A stretch of 64,000 nt of DNA from positions 15,607 through 79,606 of the forward strand of contig JAUCBJ010001100.1 in NCBI GenBank assembly GCA_032718475.1. The letters are read 5' to 3'. Made by a program: the position numbers and the translations under genes. The notes beneath the pieces are model-generated. The model searched no databases, was not told where the DNA came from, and was given only the letters and a program-made list of their open reading frames with translations. Each line of letters opens with the position of its first letter. The first letter of the stretch is position 1. The DNA is from Nemertoderma westbladi (Eukaryota; Animalia; Xenacoelomorpha). Positions 15,001-28,780 of this stretch are shown in pieces.

Positions 15001-18000
15001 AGTATAACTGCTCCACCATTCGCAGTATAACTGTTCCACCATTCACTCACAGTATAACTGCTCCGCCATTCACAGTATAACTGCTCCACCACTCACAGTA
15101 TAACTGCTCCACCATTCATAGTATATCTCATCCACCATTCACAGTATAACTGCTCCACCATTCACTCACAACTGCTCCACCATTCACTCACAGTATAACT
15201 GCTCCACCATTCATAGTATAACTGCTCCGCCATTCACAGTATAACTGCTCCACCATTCACTCACAGTATAACTGCTCCACCATTCACTCACAGTATAACT
15301 GCTCCGCCATTCACAGTATAACTGCTCCACCACTCACAGTATAACTGCTCCGCCATTCACAGTATAACTGCTCCACCATTCACAGTATAACTGCTCCGCC
15401 ATTCATAGTATAACTGCTCCGCCATTCACAGTATAACTGCTCCACCATTCACAGTATAACTGCTCCGCCATTCACTCACAGTATAACTGCTCCACCATTC
15501 ACTCACAGTATAACTGCTCCACCATTCACTCACAGTATAACTGCTCCGCCATTCACAGTATAACTGCTCCACCATTCACAGTATAACTGCTCCACCATTC
15601 ACAGTATAACTGCTCCATCATTCGCAGTATAACTGCTCCGCCATTCGCAGTATAACTGCTCCGCCATTCACAGTATAACTGCTCCGCCATTCACAGTATA
15701 ACTGCTCCACCATTCACAGTATAACTGCTCCGCCATTCATAGTATAACTGCTCCGCCATTCATAGTTTAACTGCTCCACCATTCGCAGTATAACTGCTCC
15801 GCCATTCACAGTATAACTGCTCCGCCATTCACAGTATAACTGCTCCACCACTCACAGTATAACTGCTCCACCATTCATAGTATATCTCATCCACCATTCA
15901 CAGTATAACTGCTCCACCATTCACTCACAACTGCTCCACCATTCACTCACAGTATAACTGCTCCACCATTCACTCACAGTATAACTGCTCCGCCATTCAC
16001 AGTATAACTGCTCCACCATTCACTCACAGTATAACTGCTCCACCATTCATAGTATAACTGCTCCGCCATTCGCAGTATAACTGCTCCGCCATTCACAGTA
16101 TAACTGCTCCGCCATTCACAGTATAACTGCTCCACCATTCACAGTATAACTGCTCCGCCATTCACAGTATAACTGCTCCACCATTCATAGTATAACTGCT
16201 CCACCATTCATAGTATATCTCATCCACCATTCACAGTATAACTGCTCCACCATTCACTCACAACTGCTCCACCATTCACTCACAGTATAACTGCTCCACC
16301 ATTCACTCACAGTATAACTGCTCCGCCATTCACAGTATAACTGCTCCACCATTCACTCACAGTATAACTGCTCCACCATTCATAGTATAACTGCTCCGCC
16401 ATTCGCAGTATAACTGCTCCGCCATTCACAGTATAACTGCTCCGCCATTCACAGTATAACTGCTCCACCATTCACAGTGTAACTGCTCCGCCATTCATAG
16501 TATAACTGCTCCACCATTCATAGTATAACTGCTCCGCCATTCGCAGTATAACTGCTCCGCCATTCACAGTATAACTGCTCCGCCATTCACAGTATAACTG
16601 CTCCACCATTCACAGTATAACTGCTCCGCCATTCATAGTATAACTGCTCCGCCATTCATAGTTTAACTGCTCCACCATTCACTCACAGTATAACTGCTCC
16701 ACCATTCACTCGCAGTATAACTGCTCCGCCATTCACAGTATAACTGCTCCGCCATTCACAGTATAACTGCTCCACCACTCACAGTATAACTGCTCCGCCA
16801 TTCACAGTATAACTGCTCCACCATTCACAGTATAACTGCTCCACCACTCACAGTATAACTGCTCCACCATTCATAGTATATCTCATCCACCATTCACAGT
16901 ATAACTGCTCCACCATTCACTCACAACTGCTCCACCATTCACTCACAGTATAACTGCTCCACCATTCACTCACAGTATAACTGCTCCGCCATTCACAGTA
17001 TAACTGCTCCACCATTCATTCACAGTATAACTGCTCCGCCATTCACAGTATAACTGCTCCACCATTCACTCACAGTATAACTGCTCCACCATTCATAGTA
17101 TAACTGCTCCACCATTCACAGTATAACTGCTCCGCCATTCACAGTATAACTGCTCCACCATTCATTCACAGTATAACTGCTCCGCCATTCACAGTATAAC
17201 TGCTCCACCATTCACTCACAGTATAACTGCTCCACCATTCGCAGTATAACTGTTCCACCATTCACTCACAGTATAACTGCTCCGCCATTCACAGTATAAC
17301 TGCTCCACCACTCACAGTATAACTGCTCCGCCATTCACAGTATAACTGCTCCACCATTCACAGTATAACTGCTCCACCACTCACAGTATAACTGCTCCGC
17401 CATTCACAGTATAACTGCTCCGCCATTCACAGTATAACTGCTCCACCACTCACAGTATAACTGCTCCACCATTCATAGTATATCTCATCCACCATTCACA
17501 GTATAACTGCTCCACCATTCACTCACAACTGCTCCACCATTCACTCACAGTATAACTGCTCCACCATTCATAGTATAACTGCTCCACCATTCGCAGTATA
17601 ACTGTTCCACCATTCACTCACAGTATAACTGCTCCGCCATTCACAGTATAACTGCTCCACCACTCACAGTATAACTGCTCCGCCATTCACAGTATAACTG
17701 CTCCACCATTCACTCACAGTATAACTGCTCCACCATTCACTCACAGTATAACTGCTCCGCCATTCATAGTATAACTGCTCCACCATTCATAGTATAACTG
17801 CTCCGCCATTCATAGTTTAACTGCTCCACCATTCGCAGTATAACTGCTCCGCCATTCGCAGTATAACTGCTCCACCATTCACTCACAGTATAACTGCTCC
17901 ACCATTCGCAGTATAACTGCTCAACCATTCACTCACAGTATAACTGCTCCACCATTCACTCACAGTATAACTGCTCCACCATTCACTCACAGTATAACTG

Positions 18001-21000
18001 CTCCACCATTCACAATATAACTGCTCCACCATTCACTCGCAGTATAACTGCTTCACCATTCGCAGTATAACTGCTCCACCATTCACTCACAGTATAACTG
18101 CTCCACCATTCACTCACAGTATAACTGCTCCACCATTCACAATATAACTGCTCCACCATTCACTCGCAGTATAACTGCTCCACCATTCATAGTATAACTG
18201 ATCCACCATTCACTCACAGTATAACTGCTTCACCTTTCACTCACAGTATAACTGCTCCACCATTCGCTGTATAACTGCTCCACCATTCATAGTATATCTC
18301 ATCCACCATTCACAGTATAACTGCTCCGCCATTCGCAGTATAACTGCTCCACCATTCGCAGTATAACTGCTCCACCATTCACTCACAGTATAACTGCTCC
18401 ACCATTCACTCACAGTATAACTGCTCCACCATTCACTCACAACTGCTCCACCATTCACTCACAGTATAACTGCTCCACCATTCACTCACAGTATAACTGC
18501 TCCACCATTCATTCACAGTATAACTGCTCCGCCATTCACAGTATAACTGTTCCACCATTCACTCACAGTATAACTGCTCCACCATTCACTCACAGTATAA
18601 CTGCTCCGCCATTCACTCACAGTATAACTGCTCCGCCATTCGCAGTATAACTGCTCCGCCATTCGCAGTATAACTGCTCCGCCATTCACTCACAGTATAA
18701 CTGCTCCATCATTCGCAGTATAACTGCTCCACCATTCACTCACAGTATAACTGCTCCGCCATTCACAGTATAACTGCTCCACCATTCACTCACAGTATAA
18801 CTGCTCCACCATTCACTCACAGTATAACTGCTCCACCATTCACAGTATAACTGCTCCACCACTCACAGTATAACTGCTCCGCCATTCACTCACAGTATAA
18901 CTGCTCCGCCATTCGCAGTATAACTGCTCCACCATTCATAGTATAACTGATCCACCATTCACTCACAGTATAACTGCTCCACCATTCACTCACAACTGCT
19001 CCACCATTCACTCACAGTATAACTGCTCCACCATTCACTCACAGTATAACTGCTCCACCATTCATTCACAGTATAACTGCTCCGCCATTCACAGTATAAC
19101 TGTTCCACCATTCACTCACAGTATAACTGCTCCACCATTCACTCACAGTATAACTGCTCCGCCATTCACTCACAGTATAACTGCTCCGCCATTCGCAGTA
19201 TAACTGCTCCGCCATTCGCAGTATAACTGCTCCGCCATTCGCAGTATAACTGCTCCGCCATTCGCAGTATAACTGCTCCACCATTCACTCACAGTATAAC
19301 TGCTCCGCCATTCACTCACAGTATAACTGCTCCGCCATTCACAGTATAACTGCTCCGCCATTCACAGTATAACTGTTCCACCATTCACTCGCAGTATAAC
19401 TGCTCCACCATTCACTCACAGTATAACTGCTCCGCCATTCACTCACAGTATAACTGCTCCGCCATTCGCAGTATAACTGATCCACCATTCACTCACAGTA
19501 TAACTGCTCCACCATTCACTCACAACTGCTCCACCATTCACTCACAGTATAACTGCTCCACCATTCACTCACAGTATAACTGCTCCGCCATTCACAGTAT
19601 AACTGTTCCACCATTCACTCGCAGTATAACTGCTCCACCATTCACTCACAGTATAACTGCTCCGCCATTCACTCACAGTATAACTGCTCCGCCATTCGCA
19701 GTATAACTGCTCCACCATTCATAGTATAACTGATCCACCATTCACTCACAGTATAACTGCTCCACCATTCACTCACAACTGCTCCACCATTCACTCACAG
19801 TATAACTGCTCCACCATTCACTCACAGTATAACTGCTCCACCATTCATTCACAGTATAACTGCTCCGCCATTCACAGTATAACTGTTCCACCATTCACTC
19901 ACAGTATAACTGCTCCACCATTCACTCACAGTATAACTGCTCCGCCATTCACTCACAGTATAACTGCTCCATCATTCGCAGTATAACTGCTCCACCATTC
20001 ACTCACAGTATAACTGCTCCGCCATTCACAGTATAACTGCTCCACCATTCACTCACAGTATAACTGCTCCACCATTCACTCACAGTATAACTGCTCCACC
20101 ATTCACAGTATAACTGCTCCACCACTCACAGTATAACTGCTCCGCCATTCACTCACAGTATAACTGCTCCGCCATTCGCAGTATAACTGCTCCGCCATTC
20201 ACAGTATAACTGCTCCGCCATTCGCAGTATAACTGCTCCGCCATTCACTCACAGTATAACTGCTCCGCCATTCACAGTATAACTGCTCCACCATTCACTC
20301 ACAGTATAACTGCTCCACCATTCACTCACAGTATAACTGCTCCACCATTCACTCACAGTATAACTGCTTCGCCATTCACAGTATAACTGCTCCACCATTC
20401 TCTCACAGTATAACTGCTCCACCATTCACAGTATAACTGCTCCACCATTCACAGTATAACTGCTCCACCATTCACAGTATAACTGCTCCGCCATTCACAG
20501 TATAACTGCTCCACCATTCACAGTATAACTGCTCCGCCATTCACAGTATAACTGCTCCACCATTCACAGTATAACTGCTCCGCCATTCACAGTATAACTG
20601 CTCCACCATTCGCAGTATAACTGCTCCGCCATTCATAGTATAACTGCTCCACCATTCATAGTATAACTGCTCCGCCATTCATAGTATAACTGCTCCACCA
20701 TTCACTCACAGTATAACTGCTCCACCATTCACTCACAGTATAACTGCTCCACCATTCACTCACAGTATAACTGCTCCACCATTCGCAGTATAACTGCTCC
20801 GCCATTCATAGTATAACTGATCCACCATTCATAGTATAACTGCTCCACCATTCACTCACAGTATAACTGCTCCACCATTCACTCACAGTATAACTGCTCC
20901 GCCATTCGCAGTATAACTGCTCCGCCATTCACTCGCAGTATAACTGCTCCACCATTCACAGTATAACTGCTCCACCATTCATAGTATAACTGCTCCACCA

Positions 21001-21390
21001 TTCACTCACAGTATAACTGCTCCACCATTCATAGTATAACTGCTCCGCCATTCGCAGTATAACTGCTCCACCATTCACTCACAGTATAACTGCTCCACCA
21101 TTTACTCACAGTATAACTGCTCCGCCATTCACTCACAGTATAACTGCTCCACCATTCACTCACAGTATAACTGCTCCACCATTCACAGTATAACTGCTCC
21201 ACCATTCACAGTATAACTGCTCCACCATTCACTCGCAGTATAACCGCTCCACCATTCACTCACAGTATAACTGCTCCACCATTCATAGTATAACTGATCC
21301 ACCATTCATAGTATAACTGCTCCGCCATTCACTCACAGTATAACTGATCCGCCATTCATAGTATAACTGCTCCGCCATTCACAGTATAAC
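1..21390. repeat. Satellite array of mixed 23-bp (CAGTATAACTGCTCCACCATTCA) and 27-bp (+CTCA) monomers, with a minor 22-bp variant; runs off the left edge
   Basis: Uninterrupted tandem repeat that ends abruptly at ...ACAGTATAAC (21390). The ORFs here are only translations of the repeat. Confidence 0.99.
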
Positions 21391-21729
21391 AACTTTTATT
21401 ATATCTCTATTCTCTATTAATTTTTATATTTTTATATTTTATATTTTATTTAAGTATATATATATATATTTTATATAATTTTTAATAAAACCAAATATCG
21501 AATATATTTATATATATTATAATGTTAATGTTAATGTTAAAGAAAACGGTAATATAATAATTTAAACTGATTTATTCTGGAAAAATTCAACAAACGAACT
21601 GAATAATTTCAATGATGTTGTTCAATCATTTAAACAAATGTTCACCTGTGGGTAGCCGGATGTCGGTAAACTCAAGAGTAACAAACTGTAACCAATCAGT
21701 ATCCATTCTAAGTTGATAGCATTCTAATG

Positions 21730-21965
21730 TATATCTTGGTGTTCTGGTTGCTTTGAATTCGCATCTCTCGGAGGACGTGGGTTCGATTCCCGCACTTTTC
21801 GTTTTGGCACGAATGCTTTAAAGGCACTATCCACCGTGTCCACAGAGTTTCCTCTGGGGGGGTAAAGTTCTGGGGGGACCGCACTGGAAATAAGTCGTCA
21901 GTTTTTGTGCGTAATCCCTGGCTTAACGGCCGAAGAAATCTTTACTTTTTTACTTTTTATTTACC
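21730..21965 (+). mobile_element. Probable tRNA-derived SINE
   Basis: A-box-like TGGTGTTCTGG (21737-21747), B-box GGTTCGATTCCC (~21780-21791), a GC-rich body with hairpin potential and a (TTTTAC)n-like tail. No cloverleaf. Confidence 0.6.
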
Positions 21966-24543
21966 CTTAGATTATTTTAATGTTTAATCACTATGATATT
22001 GGCATTATTTAAAACTTATTTATTTAAAGTCCACTATTTGAACAAGAGAATCCTAGGATTTCCTGAACCATGGACGGAGCCGAGCTCTGTTGCATCCCTA
22101 ACTGTACAATGATGACAACATGAAATTGAGATATTAAGTTGGGGGTTTTAATTAGAATTGGTTGGAATTAATTATATTAGCAAAATTATTGAATTTGAAG
22201 TACCTTCTTTCTTTGTATTTTAGTTGGCTAGTGTTAGCTTGCAACCCTACCGTTGCTATGCAGCTTACTATTAACCAATTCTAATTAATTATCTGCGACT
22301 GTCAATGAACTTGATTATGAGATCTGAGTACAGTTACCTGTTCGTAGCTACAGAATCTACTTTCCTTCTAACATAACATTTTTACATCAAATAGTGTTTT
22401 CTGATAATGTTTCGCCAAATAATGTTTTCGCCCACCCCATATTGCCCAACTGCTACTTTGCAGCAGTTTCAGACATTTGCAGGGATAATCATCCGCAGTT
22501 GTTCAGACCCAGACACAAGCCGACCCAGATCACGTCTGCGAGTGCACTGTACTTGAGCAGCCAGTAGAGTAGTGGATAGTTATTGACTGATCGCTATATC
22601 TGGCCGACAGTGTCCGACTTGCTATTAATTGTTGATGGGATTGCTGGGTAGAGTTAGAGTTGGGCAATAAGTTGCCATCCCATGATGATTGTAGAACACC
22701 CCATTGCCTATACGGGCATATGGCAACATTGTGCACCCTTTGTAACATTCCGGTATATAGATCGTGTGTCCTCACAGTAACAACCCAGCCACACCCCCAC
22801 CCACACAATGCAACTGATCAGCATATCCATCAGTTATTTTTTCAAATAACATTGGCGTAGCCGTAGCTTCATGAAACACATGTTACTCAATAATTTATGT
22901 GGGAATGCCATACTGTCGATAAAATGAAATTCATTGTAGGAAACTATCGCTTTATATAAAATAGCCGACAATAGAAACACCAAACCCCCAAAGATGTTTT
23001 TACGTTGAATAATCCCCATCTGTCATTGTTTTCTTATTGGTAACTTTTGTAAATAATAAATAAAACAAACTGTGACCCTGACTACACGGTCCGTATGTTG
23101 ACTGTACAATGATGACAAATTTAAATTGAGATATTAAGTTCGGGGTTTTAATTAGAATTGGTTGGAATTTATTATAGTACCAAAAATAATGAATTTGAAG
23201 TACCTTCTTTCTTTGTGTTTTCGTTGGGTAGTGTTAGCTTGCAACCCTACCGTTGCTATGCAACTTACTATTAACCAATTCTAATTAATTATCTGCGACT
23301 GTCAATGAACTTGATTATGAGATCTGAGTACAGTTCGTAGTTACAGCAACAAACTACTTTCCCTTGTTAAATTTGACATCTGATACCTCGTGTCGTATTT
23401 GCTCAGTTGTAATAACGCTGCATCTGTAAGAGTAAGGTATAGAGTTCGATCCCATCCACAGTCCTTGGTATTTTTGTACATCCCAAAGTATAAAAATAAT
23501 ATTATATTTCACACTGGTGAACAGATGATGATACCAATACATACTATATATTAGCTTGGTTTGCAAGCTTTGAATATACTTTACATGCACTACCATCTGA
23601 TGTTCACTTATTGCATTTTTTATTACTGATAGTCAATGTTGCGGACATTATTTAGCTTACTCATATATTCCCACTTCTTTAAAGAACAAGTCAAAACCAT
23701 ATCCAAACTAAACAATGGACTGAAATCCCAGTATTCATTAATATTCAAGAAACAACTGGACGCGGGCTCTACACAACTGTATAAATAAATATTACTATTA
23801 CTCTATAAATATTAACTCAACATCAATTTGCAATATTTATTGTTAACTATTATTGGTATTGGCATTGCATTGTTAATATAACGATAATGATTATTTTATT
23901 GAGAAATGACAATATAATTATAATATCTAATGATAAAAATATTCAAGAAACATAGTACAGTAGGTACATACATTTAGCAAACGAATGGGACCCCCCCCCC
24001 CCCCCCCCACCACTAGCAACGGAATAATATCAAATACGAAAATGTCCACCTATAGTGAATTTCTCTATTAGAATACGAAATGTCGCCCGGTGGGAGTAAA
24101 TTTTGAAAAGTGTTTTGTAATCCGTTTTTAATAGGAAAATTAAATTAAATATGCCAATTGTAAGGAATTATAATAATTTATAAAAATCATTAATATATTC
24201 TGAGCAGAATAATTCCAAAATCACAGATGTGTGGACAAATATTAGCCGGCTAATCTTTTTACAATGCTGTGTAATAATGGAGTGTGTGTGTAGGGGTGTT
24301 TTTGCTTGTATATATTTCTATATAACACAAATCTATTTCATTTTAATAGTAAAGGTTAATACTAAGGCTATAATAATCCGTATATTCATTGTCTGATAAG
24401 TTTCTTTCTTCACAATATTAAACGTTTCAACGCAATCTCTGGCGCCATCATCAATACGAAAAAAGATAAGCTACAACCAAATACAATTTAAAATATAACA
24501 AAATTATATATACTTAATGCAGTACAGTACAGTTACGGTACAC

Positions 24544-25061
24544 GTGGGGCGTCGCGCAGCACGCGAACTTGAGCAAGTTCGAAACAAGTTCGATTTGATC
24601 TGGAGTCAAAAGTTCGAGAGGTATTTGCCCGTAACTTTCAAAAATATTGGAACTTTTTCTCTAGTATGCCCATACAAAATTTGGTTGAAAATGGTTAAAA
24701 TCTTCAAAAGTTATTTACGAATGAATTTTTCATTACAGACGGACAGACAGACAGACGACAGACAGACAGACGGACATGAAATTTTGCCCTATTTACTAAT
24801 TATAATTGTGCGCTAAGGCTCGCCCTGACTGCGTGGCTCGCCCTGACTGCGTGGCTCGCCCTGACTGCGTGGCTCTCCCTGACTGCGTGGCTCGCCCTGA
24901 CTGCGTGGCTCGCCCTGACTGCGTGGCTCGCCCTGACTGCGTGGCTCGCCTTGACTGCGTGGCTCGCCTTGACTGCGTGGCTCGCCCTGACTGCGTGGCT
25001 CGCCCTGACTGCGTGGCTCGACCTGACTGCGTGGCTCGCCCTGACTGCGTGGCTCGCCCCA
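24544..25061 (+). mobile_element. Possible non-autonomous Helitron/Helentron-like fragment with a (GACA)n tract
   Basis: (GACA/GACG)n at ~24736-24776. An 8-bp inverted repeat, GTGGGGCG (24544) / CGCCCCAC (array end), brackets the segment. Family assignment is inferred. Confidence 0.35.
24817..25058. repeat. 18-bp GC-rich minisatellite (GGCTCGCCCTGACTGCGT), about 13 copies
   Basis: Direct tandem repeat that gives the periodic RATQSG/ARPDCV ORFs. Confidence 0.97.
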
Positions 25062-25619
25062 CATACAAGTTTCACTCAAATTTGAATTTCCCTCTCACTC
25101 TATTACCAAAAAAAGAGGACGTAAAAATAGCCAATAGGCACATACGGTACTAAAATAAATCCAATTCTATTTAACTCTTTTGCGTATATTTAATGTTTGT
25201 TTAATTTTTTTAATTAGTAGAGTTTCTTTCACGCAGTAATCAAAATCGGTCTTCCCATTGCACAAAACTTCAAAATTGCTTAAAATTATGACCGTAGTCC
25301 AGGTAGTAATTGAAGATAGAAGAGTGCGGGGAGGTGAATATTTACCAGAACTGTGTAGGAAACACCGGAATGCTCACCCACACGTGCGAACGGGTAGGTG
25401 GCGAATTGTTTTGCCGATATAAGTTGCATTACAGCTACTACAGGTATATTTGTAAACCAAACTAGAACGCATGTGTTGTGGGAGCAAATCCTTGTATTTG
25501 AAGAACGATACCAATCTCAATGATGGTTTAAATATAACACTTAAATTTAGATACGGAAATGCGAGTTTGAATACTTTAGTTAGGCGATGTTACGTTGGAA
25601 CCAAAATTGGTTCTGTTAA

Positions 25620-26680
25620 GGTCCTTGGACCATGGAGCCTATTTTGGCGCTGAGAAAGATAATATAAGAGTTATCAACAAAGAAAGACAGACGTCCGGAT
25701 CTTATCTTTGTTGACTTCTTTAAAGCCTTCGAAGCCTTCTGAAGCTCACTCTCCCAACCACGTATGTTCGTTCAGCATACTGGCAGCATATGGGATTCCT
25801 GAGGAAATTATTGCAGCTATCAGTACTGTACGAGGGTTTCACCACATTTGTTTCTACTGCTGATGGGGAAGTCTTATGGGGAGTCCTTCAGGGTGACACA
25901 CTTACACCATTCTTATAGGGAGTCTTAAGGGGTGATGGTAACACCCCCTACTGGCACAAGAAGTAGAGGAAATCCAAAACTGACAGATTCACTATGAGCC
26001 CAATGGCTCCTCTGCTCATTAGAGCAGGTTGCTTCTAGTGTTGGTCTTTTTGTTAACTCCAAGGAGACCAAAATTATGACCGTGAACTTTGACAGCCCTC
26101 AACCCTCAATAAATGTCTGATCGTAAGTGAATAATCTCCAGCGATGGCTTGCTTGAGCACGTGCATGTCTTATGCTATTTGGGATCATGGATCCGGAAGT
26201 CAGGTGATGATGACCTTCGGATTCGTAACGGAAAGGTTCGATTATTTATGGCAGTAGTAGTAACAGTACTCTTATAGGGGAGTTCATGCTGGGCTCTAAC
26301 TGCAGAGGATACCAAATCTCTGGATGGCACTTTCACAAGAATGCTGCGCCGGGTTCATTATGTCAAGTACAATAAACACATCTCCAACCAGACACTATAC
26401 AACATTGGAGGTGTTTCTTTAGTCTCCCCTAGCTTGGCAATTGAACGGAAGCGCCTCCGCTTTGCAGGACATTGCTTTCGCATTGAGGACCAGTCTGTGC
26501 ATAATCTTGTGCTTTGACTGCCTCGTGAAAAAAAAGGAAACTGACCTTGAAGATGCGGATGATCTAGCAAGTGTCATTGATGATGACGGTGCAATTTTGT
26601 CGACAAGCCGGCACAGCATTCTTACATATGTAATATATAATGGAGCTGCAATGCAGCATGCGGATAGTAGTACTAGTAAC
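25620..26680 (+). mobile_element. Degenerate RTE-type LINE fragment (RT C-terminal half to 3' tail)
   Basis: Colinear with 35830-37040, with many indels; encodes VDFFKAF and VLQGDTL remnants and ends in a TAG-repeat tail. Confidence 0.85.
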
Positions 26681-27824
26681 ATACATGAATCTTGACTGTA
26701 CAATGATGACAAATTTAAATTGAGATAATAAGTTGGGGGTTTTAATTAGAATTGGTTGGAATTAATTACCAAATATATTAGCAAATTATTGAATTTGAAG
26801 TACTTTCTTTCTTTGTATTTTAGTTGGCTAGTGTTAGCTTGCAACCCTACCGTTGCTATGTAACTTACTATTAACCAATTCTAATTAATTATCTGCGACT
26901 GTCAATGAACTTGATTATGAGATCTGAGTACAGTTCGTAGTTACAGCAACAAACTACTTTCCCTTGTTAAATTTGACATCTGATACCTCGTGTCGTATTT
27001 GCTCAGTTGTAATAACGCTGCATCTGTAAGAGTAAGGTATAGAGTTCGATCCCATCCACAGTCCTTGGTATTTTTGTACATCCCAAAGTATAAAATATTT
27101 CACACTGGTGAACAGATGATGATACCAATTAATACACACTATATTAGCTTGGTTTGCAAGCTTTGAATATACTTTACATGCACTACCATCTGATGTTCAC
27201 TTATTGCATTTTTTATTACTGATGTTACGGACATTATTTAGCTTACTCATATTCCTACTTCTTTAAATACTAAAGTCAAAACCAAACTAAACAACTAACT
27301 GAAAACCCAGTATGAATCCATATTCAAGTAATATACTGGTCCCCCCCCCCCCCCCCCCCCACAAGTAACTAAATAATGGCGAATACGAAAATGTGCACCG
27401 TTAAACAAAACATTAAACAATTAAATAATCATTATTACACACATAATTTAAAGAGAAAATATTAGAAAAAAAATTAGAAAACAAAATATCGAATGGTGGG
27501 AGTAAATTTTGAAAAGTGTGTTTTTTAACTGGTTTTTAATAGGAAAATTAAATCAAATATATGTCAATTGTAAGTGAAATTGATTAAAATGATTATTCTG
27601 AACAGAATAGTTCCAAAATCAGCACAAAACATCTACACTCACAGATGTATATGGACAAAAGCTGCTAATCATTTTCACATTGTTATACAATAATGGGGGT
27701 GTTTTTGTTTGTATATTTCTACAAATAATGTTTGTATATATAACAAACATATATTTTTTTTTATCTGTTATGAAATAAAATGTCATAATTAAATTAAGTT
27801 AAATTATTACAATACATTTACTAG

Positions 27825-27983
27825 GAACTGGATGAGAGTGGTGTCTCTAAGTTACAAGATATGGTAGACGATGTTAATGTTACTATCTGGGATCACCTTA
27901 ATAAAGATCTTGGTGCCTTTGATATGCGACTAATGACAATGGAAAGCCTTGTTAATGAAACATTGGACACTGTTGCTCTTATT
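27825..27983 (+). CDS. Internal exon of an unidentified host gene (ELDESGVSKLQDMVDD...TLDTVALI)
   Basis: ctAG acceptor, 53 open codons, GTAAGT donor; phase 0/0, compatible with the next exon. Confidence 0.75.
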
Positions 27984-28305
27984 GTAAGTACTGTATAGCG
28001 AGAAAGACAGGATGATACAGACACACGACCAAGAGTGTGCAAGCTGTAACGCTGATCGAGTCGAACTGTAATCTTATCAAGTGCTACACGACTCTACCTA
28101 AAGTTTAGAGTATGTCATTTTGTGTATTGCAATATATTTAGCTACCAGTACCGTGGAAAATGAAAGTAATTGGTAGGCGTCCGGTACCGGTGTACTGCTA
28201 TGCTGTGTTTATGATTAATAAGCCTACATCATGCTCTTCCAACGTTGTTTCATTATAATTATTTATATTTCCGAATTAGGGTTGTATTTTTATGTTTTTT
28301 TTTAG

Positions 28306-28417
28306 GTTAACCGCCATTCTACTCGCGTCGCCCCTACAACTCTAAGCTCAGCTGTAGGAACTAATACATCTGGTCTGGTACCCATACCGGATGACGTCAC
28401 TAATACACATACGACAG
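28306..28417 (+). CDS. Penultimate exon of the same gene (VNRHSTRVAPTTLSS...THTT)
   Basis: Polypyrimidine tttttAG acceptor, open frame, GTGAGT donor in phase 1. Confidence 0.78.
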
Positions 28418-28780
28418 GTGAGTCGTCGTATTTATGTAGGATGGTTTAAATTTAAAATAAACCTTATTGTCCATTTAAATCTCTCATTATTTCAGTTTTT
28501 ACTTTTTTCAAAGAGTTATTTACCATAAGCATAGCTAAGTCGACTATCTGACAGTCAATAAATTTTCCAAGTTTTAATGTTTCGCTACAGGCACATGGTG
28601 AAACCAGCTGTCTGATAGTCCGGAAATCATAAATAACTGTAGGTCGAGGCGACACGTTGACTGTCTGTAGTTGTGGTTGTGGCATTGTTTCCAGGACCCA
28701 CTAGCTAAGTTCTAACTAAGCCTTTCCGTTGATCGAACTACCCGGCCGGTACGTCCAATTTATAATCTATTATATTTCAG

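Larger units (their letters stand above)
22101..27750 (+). repeat. Three diverged local copies of an AT-rich segment starting ACTGTACAATGATGACAA (22101-~22370, 23101-~24330, 26695-~27750)
   Basis: Direct sequence similarity; ORFs 23354-23596 and 26954-27139 are duplicates. Confidence 0.9.

Noticed and set aside
1-21390. CRISPR array or repeat-protein genes (EWWSSYTVS ORFs)
   Set aside because: There are no unique spacers and no cas genes; the ORFs are chance translations that switch frame with monomer length.
22440-22900. Cys/His-rich stretch as an upstream exon of the host gene
   Set aside because: There are stops in all frames after the candidate acceptor and no compatible donor.
24796-25153. 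RATQSG/ARPDCV repeat proteins
   Set aside because: Several frames are open only because the 18-bp unit lacks stop codons in them.
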